Assembly: GCA_016748015.1 (NCBI GenBank)
Contig: JAAOMT010000258.1
Location: 560,173-624,172 of the forward strand
From: Geosiphon pyriformis uo1
Lineage: Eukaryota > Fungi > Glomeromycota
Direction: 5' to 3'
Length of the DNA: 64,000 nucleotides
The translations under genes were made by a program, and so were the position numbers. This document shows positions 59,874 to 64,000 of this stretch, in pieces. Under the pieces are notes generated by a model. That model was not told the origin of the DNA. It did not search any database and saw only the letters and a list, made by a program, of their open reading frames with translations. Each line of letters starts with the position of its first letter. The first letter of the stretch is position 1.

Positions 59874-60249
59874 ATGTCAGCAATTATCCTGCTGGGAATA
59901 TCCATATTTTCTGGTCACATTGTCATAAAAGTGGTTGTTTTATATGAATACATGAAGAAAACCAATAGGTTGTACATCATGAAACCATGCCCCCAACGAA
60001 GAATGGGGATAGTCACGAGTTTGCCGATCAATCCAAAACACACCTCCTATGTTACGCATGATGACCTTCAAGCAAAAATTCTATGTCGTGTTCCGCCTTG
60101 GTCATCACATACCCCAGATCTCAACCCCATTGAAACATAACAGAGGAAAAAAAGTAAAAAGGAGGATGTATATTCTTTTTAATATTCGTAGAATGGGTGC
60201 CCATATTCAAGCTTGTATAGATGTAGAAGGAAACCGCACTAGATATTAG
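59874..60249 (+). pseudogene. Tc1/mariner (IS630-Tc1) DDE transposase relic, C-terminal part, frameshifted
   Basis: NPKHTS...PWSSHTPDLNPIE (cf. DNDPKHTS..WPSQSPDLNPIE) and MGAHIQACIDVEGNRTRY* (cf. MPRRIQACI.AKGGHTKY). Confidence 0.82.
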
Positions 60250-63200
60250 TTTTTTTTTTTTATTGTAACATTGGTATTTAATAAAAAAAGTTTCCAGTAG
60301 TTGTGTTTTAAAAAAGAAAAATTTATTATCGCAGAAGTGAGCTTGATAGCTATTTTCCAAATAATAAATGTAAAAAAACAAACATATTTTTATTTAAATT
60401 CTGATCTTGTGATGTAATGATAAATTTTTCTCTTAGATAAGCCAATTCCTATTGTCTCAAACGATCCAGCAATCCTAGTCATTAGAATGTTTTAAAAATA
60501 TTAAAAATGTAATGTAAATCAAAAAATTGATAGTTTTCACATCAAATGATAGATATTTTTTTTTTTTTGCAACTAAAAAAAAATCAATTATTTACTTCAC
60601 TTCAAAATGTAAAAAAAGAGAAATTTGAATGCAAAAAAAAAAAATAAATAAATTTGAGATCAAAAAAATAAAATTGCACAAGAACACCATATATATTAAA
60701 AAATGTATTTTTAATAATTCAAAATTCTCAACTAATGAAATTTCTATTCAGTTTTTGAATAAAAAGTTAATATTAAAAAATTTTTGGTTTAACAAATACG
60801 CATATCTTAAAAATAATTCAAAATAGATAAAAATATTTTTTATTACAATTCAAAAATATGAAATTTCAAAACAAATAATGTCAAAAGTAAAATTAATTAA
60901 ATTAAATTAATTAAAAAAAAATGCAAAAATTTTTTTCCTTTATAATTTTAAGTTATCGGCTCATAAATAATTAATGGATAAAAAAAGTTGATAATCTCGT
61001 TAAAAAAATAACTTTTACGATTTACTGTTACATTTTGAATAATAATTTGGTTTCCGATATGACTATACATTTCTCGGTGTTGGATACAATTACTTTACAA
61101 CTTCTATATAGTGGCTCTTTGACAAGTTTACATAATTTTCAATATATTATCTATCCAATTTAAATTTTTTGAATTTTATTTTATTTTATTTGATAAAAGA
61201 ATCTCACTTCACAAAAATGGAAAATAAAAATTTTAAGTAAATTATTTTTTTATTGTTTGGATAATTTCTAAAATCCCCAATTCATTGGACCATATTTTTC
61301 AAAATGGATTTTTTTTTTTGAAAAGTAAAAACAGAAAATGTGAGACCTTTCTCAAATTTATAAGTTAATTCAGAAAAAATATGAGACCTTTTTTTATTTT
61401 TAAAAGTTAATTCAGAAAATGTTCAAACATGGTTTATAGAATTTGATTATGAAAACTATTTCAAAAAAAAAAAAAAAAAAAATGTGCTGAAAAATCTAAA
61501 GTTTTAAAAAAAAAAAATTTAAAATCTGTAAAACTTGAAGAAGAAAAAATCTCGTTAAACAAAAAAATATAAACATTTAAAATATTCAAATTTCGAGATT
61601 AAATTTTTTTAGGCATTAAAACATTATAAATTTAAATTACATTATAAAATAAAATAAAATAAAAATTTAAAATTATAAATAAATTATTAGAAAATGTGTT
61701 TTTCTTGATACTTAGTTTTAAAAAAAAATTATGAAAAAAAAACCTCTTAATATCTTTAATAACTTTTTTTAAAAATAAAGAATATTTTAAAAATACAATT
61801 TATATATATATATATATATATAATTTGATTTCATATAATAATAAATTGAGAAATAATCTTATGTGAAAAATTAATTGAAACTTATATCACAAATAAAAAA
61901 TGATTAAAAGTGAACAAAGTTTGACCAAATAAAAATTTTGATAATTATACCTTTTATTGCATTTGCACTATACTTTTTATGTTTTCATAGAGATAGTTAT
62001 TCTTTATAATCAAAAATAAAAATAAAAAAAAAAGAAGTAAAGAATATATTTCATAAATTTTCAACAAAAAAAGAAGTAAAATGAAAAAATTTATGAAATT
62101 CTTTAATAAAAAAATCATATTATGAAAAGATTTACCATCACAAAGCTTTAATATTAATTCTATACATTTTTACTTTTAGGAAATCTTTTTCCACCACGAG
62201 ATACACGATGTATATAATTTAAATATTTCATTTTAAAAAAACTTTTTAACAACAACAATAATAATAATAATAATAAAACTTAATAGGATTTAATATGTTT
62301 TAAAATGAAAATAGCCACATAAAATGATAAAAACTTTGAACCTTATGATTAACGATTTGTGAAATGAACAGGATATTATAATGAAGAGATAAAGCGATAA
62401 TAATAGGATTATCATATCAGAAACCAACAATTTCTCATTTCGTTATTAGTCACCAACCAGAAACGTACTTTAAAAATATATATATATATATATTTTCTAT
62501 TTGGAACAATACTCGAAAACATAATTTATTTAAAATAACTTTGATAACCCATTTCTAGCTATAATAAAAAAAGTAGCATCAAAAATCAACAAAAATGGGA
62601 TTTTTGTTCTTTTAAAAACAAATTTTTAATCAAAATCATTAAACAATGACACAATTTCTAGTAAAAAAATTTTGAAAAAAACTGCAAGTTAATAAGTTTT
62701 ACAATCAAAAAAATTGAAAGAAATTATGAATCTCAAAAATTGTTGGAAAATTTATTTGTAAAAAATGATTTCATGCCCAAGAAATTTACAGGGCTATCAT
62801 AAAAAAAAGTAAGGGTAATTTTTGTAGAAGAAATAAAAATTGATTTCCTGTTTTGATTAGCAACAAAAACAAATTTAAGAATTTGAGTACAGTTTTCGAG
62901 AGTTATTATTTATTTTTAATTTTAAAAGACACCCAAACAGCCAAACAGCCAAAAACTCAAAAGAATGCCCCTGAAAATCTACGTCAGACGGAACACGTGA
63001 ACATATGCTGTGTAGACTTTTTTCACGAAAGCTCAATCCGTAAAATTCCGCTTATCTCATTTACGTTTGATAGTAAAGTTCCCCTGATCCAAAGATTTTC
63101 TAATTGTTAAGTGCCAAGTAAAATTGGGTTGGTTCGAGACTCTAAAAAATTTTATGACGAGCTGTGAGTAATTTGTTTTTAATAGTTAAACTTTGATTTT

Positions 63201-64000
63201 GTAAAAATGTCACGCATAATATTCTTTAGGGGGAAGGGGGTCATTCTCTTAAAGAAAAGCAATATATATATATATATATATATTTTTAACATTGTTCCAA
63301 ATAAAACACAATGGCAATAGAAATCTTTTTTGTTTTAAATATATTGACCACATTTTTTATTTTCGGATGTATTGAGATTTTCTACCTTTTTAAAATTCCA
63401 GAAAAGGATAAAATAACATTTTTTACTTGGGAAAAGGATAAATTTTTTTTGTACAAACTTTTTTTTTTACAGATAACATCAAAAAATTCAGAATGTTTCA
63501 CATTGAAAAAAGTCTCTTACAAAAAAAAATTCTGAAAATAAACTGTTGTTTCTAATATTTCAAGATAGATAAATCTTTGCTTCTTTATTTACGGGTTTAC
63601 GAGTTTTACAAAGTTTTAGAATTCGTGAACGAATCAAGTTTTTTGTTTTAGTATAGGAATATTTGATGATTAATTTATAATTAATTTCATTTTTTTAAAA
63701 TAAAATGTTTTATAATTAAAAAAAAGGTAATAATTTGGGTATGTTATATATTTGGTAGATTTTAACTTTCATGATGATGATGATGATGATGATTATTATT
63801 ATTATGTTTATGATGATCAGAGATTCTGATAAATCTTCAAAAGTGAATGCATTTATTTTTATTCTCATGACCACCAAACTTTACTTCATTGTAAAGGATC
63901 CAAAATAATCGTTTCACATTTGTGTTACATCAAAAAATAATAATTTATTATTATTATTTAATTTTAATTTTAAGAACCTTTCAACACTGCAGGGTTCGAT

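Overview
Eukaryotic, intron-rich fungal DNA, most likely an early-diverging fungus (Mucoromycota, probably Glomeromycotina). The LINE peptide motifs resemble those I recall from Geosiphon-like genomes; that is recollection and is unverified. Positions 1-31.4 kb hold a compact block of eight spliced genes: secreted GH81 glucanase (partial), KDM4-type JmjC demethylase, ATP12, RSM24/mS35, RAD3/XPD, WDR48/UAF1, VPS41 and ILV1. Positions ~31.5-54.5 kb are an extremely AT-rich island made of nested, dead retroelements: two RNase H-bearing LINEs and several solo-LTR-like insertions with 4-bp target-site duplications. An HRI-type eIF2-alpha kinase (56.1-59.3 kb) and a Tc1/mariner relic follow. The most striking signal is repeat-restricted, both-strand C-to-T hypermutation in the island: 22 transitions and 0 transversions in a 120-bp LTR-vs-LTR comparison, mostly at CpT/CpC/CpA. 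This looks like a RIP-like genome-defence process with a context unlike classical RIP or CpG decay. Exon boundaries were read by eye; repeat boundaries are approximate.
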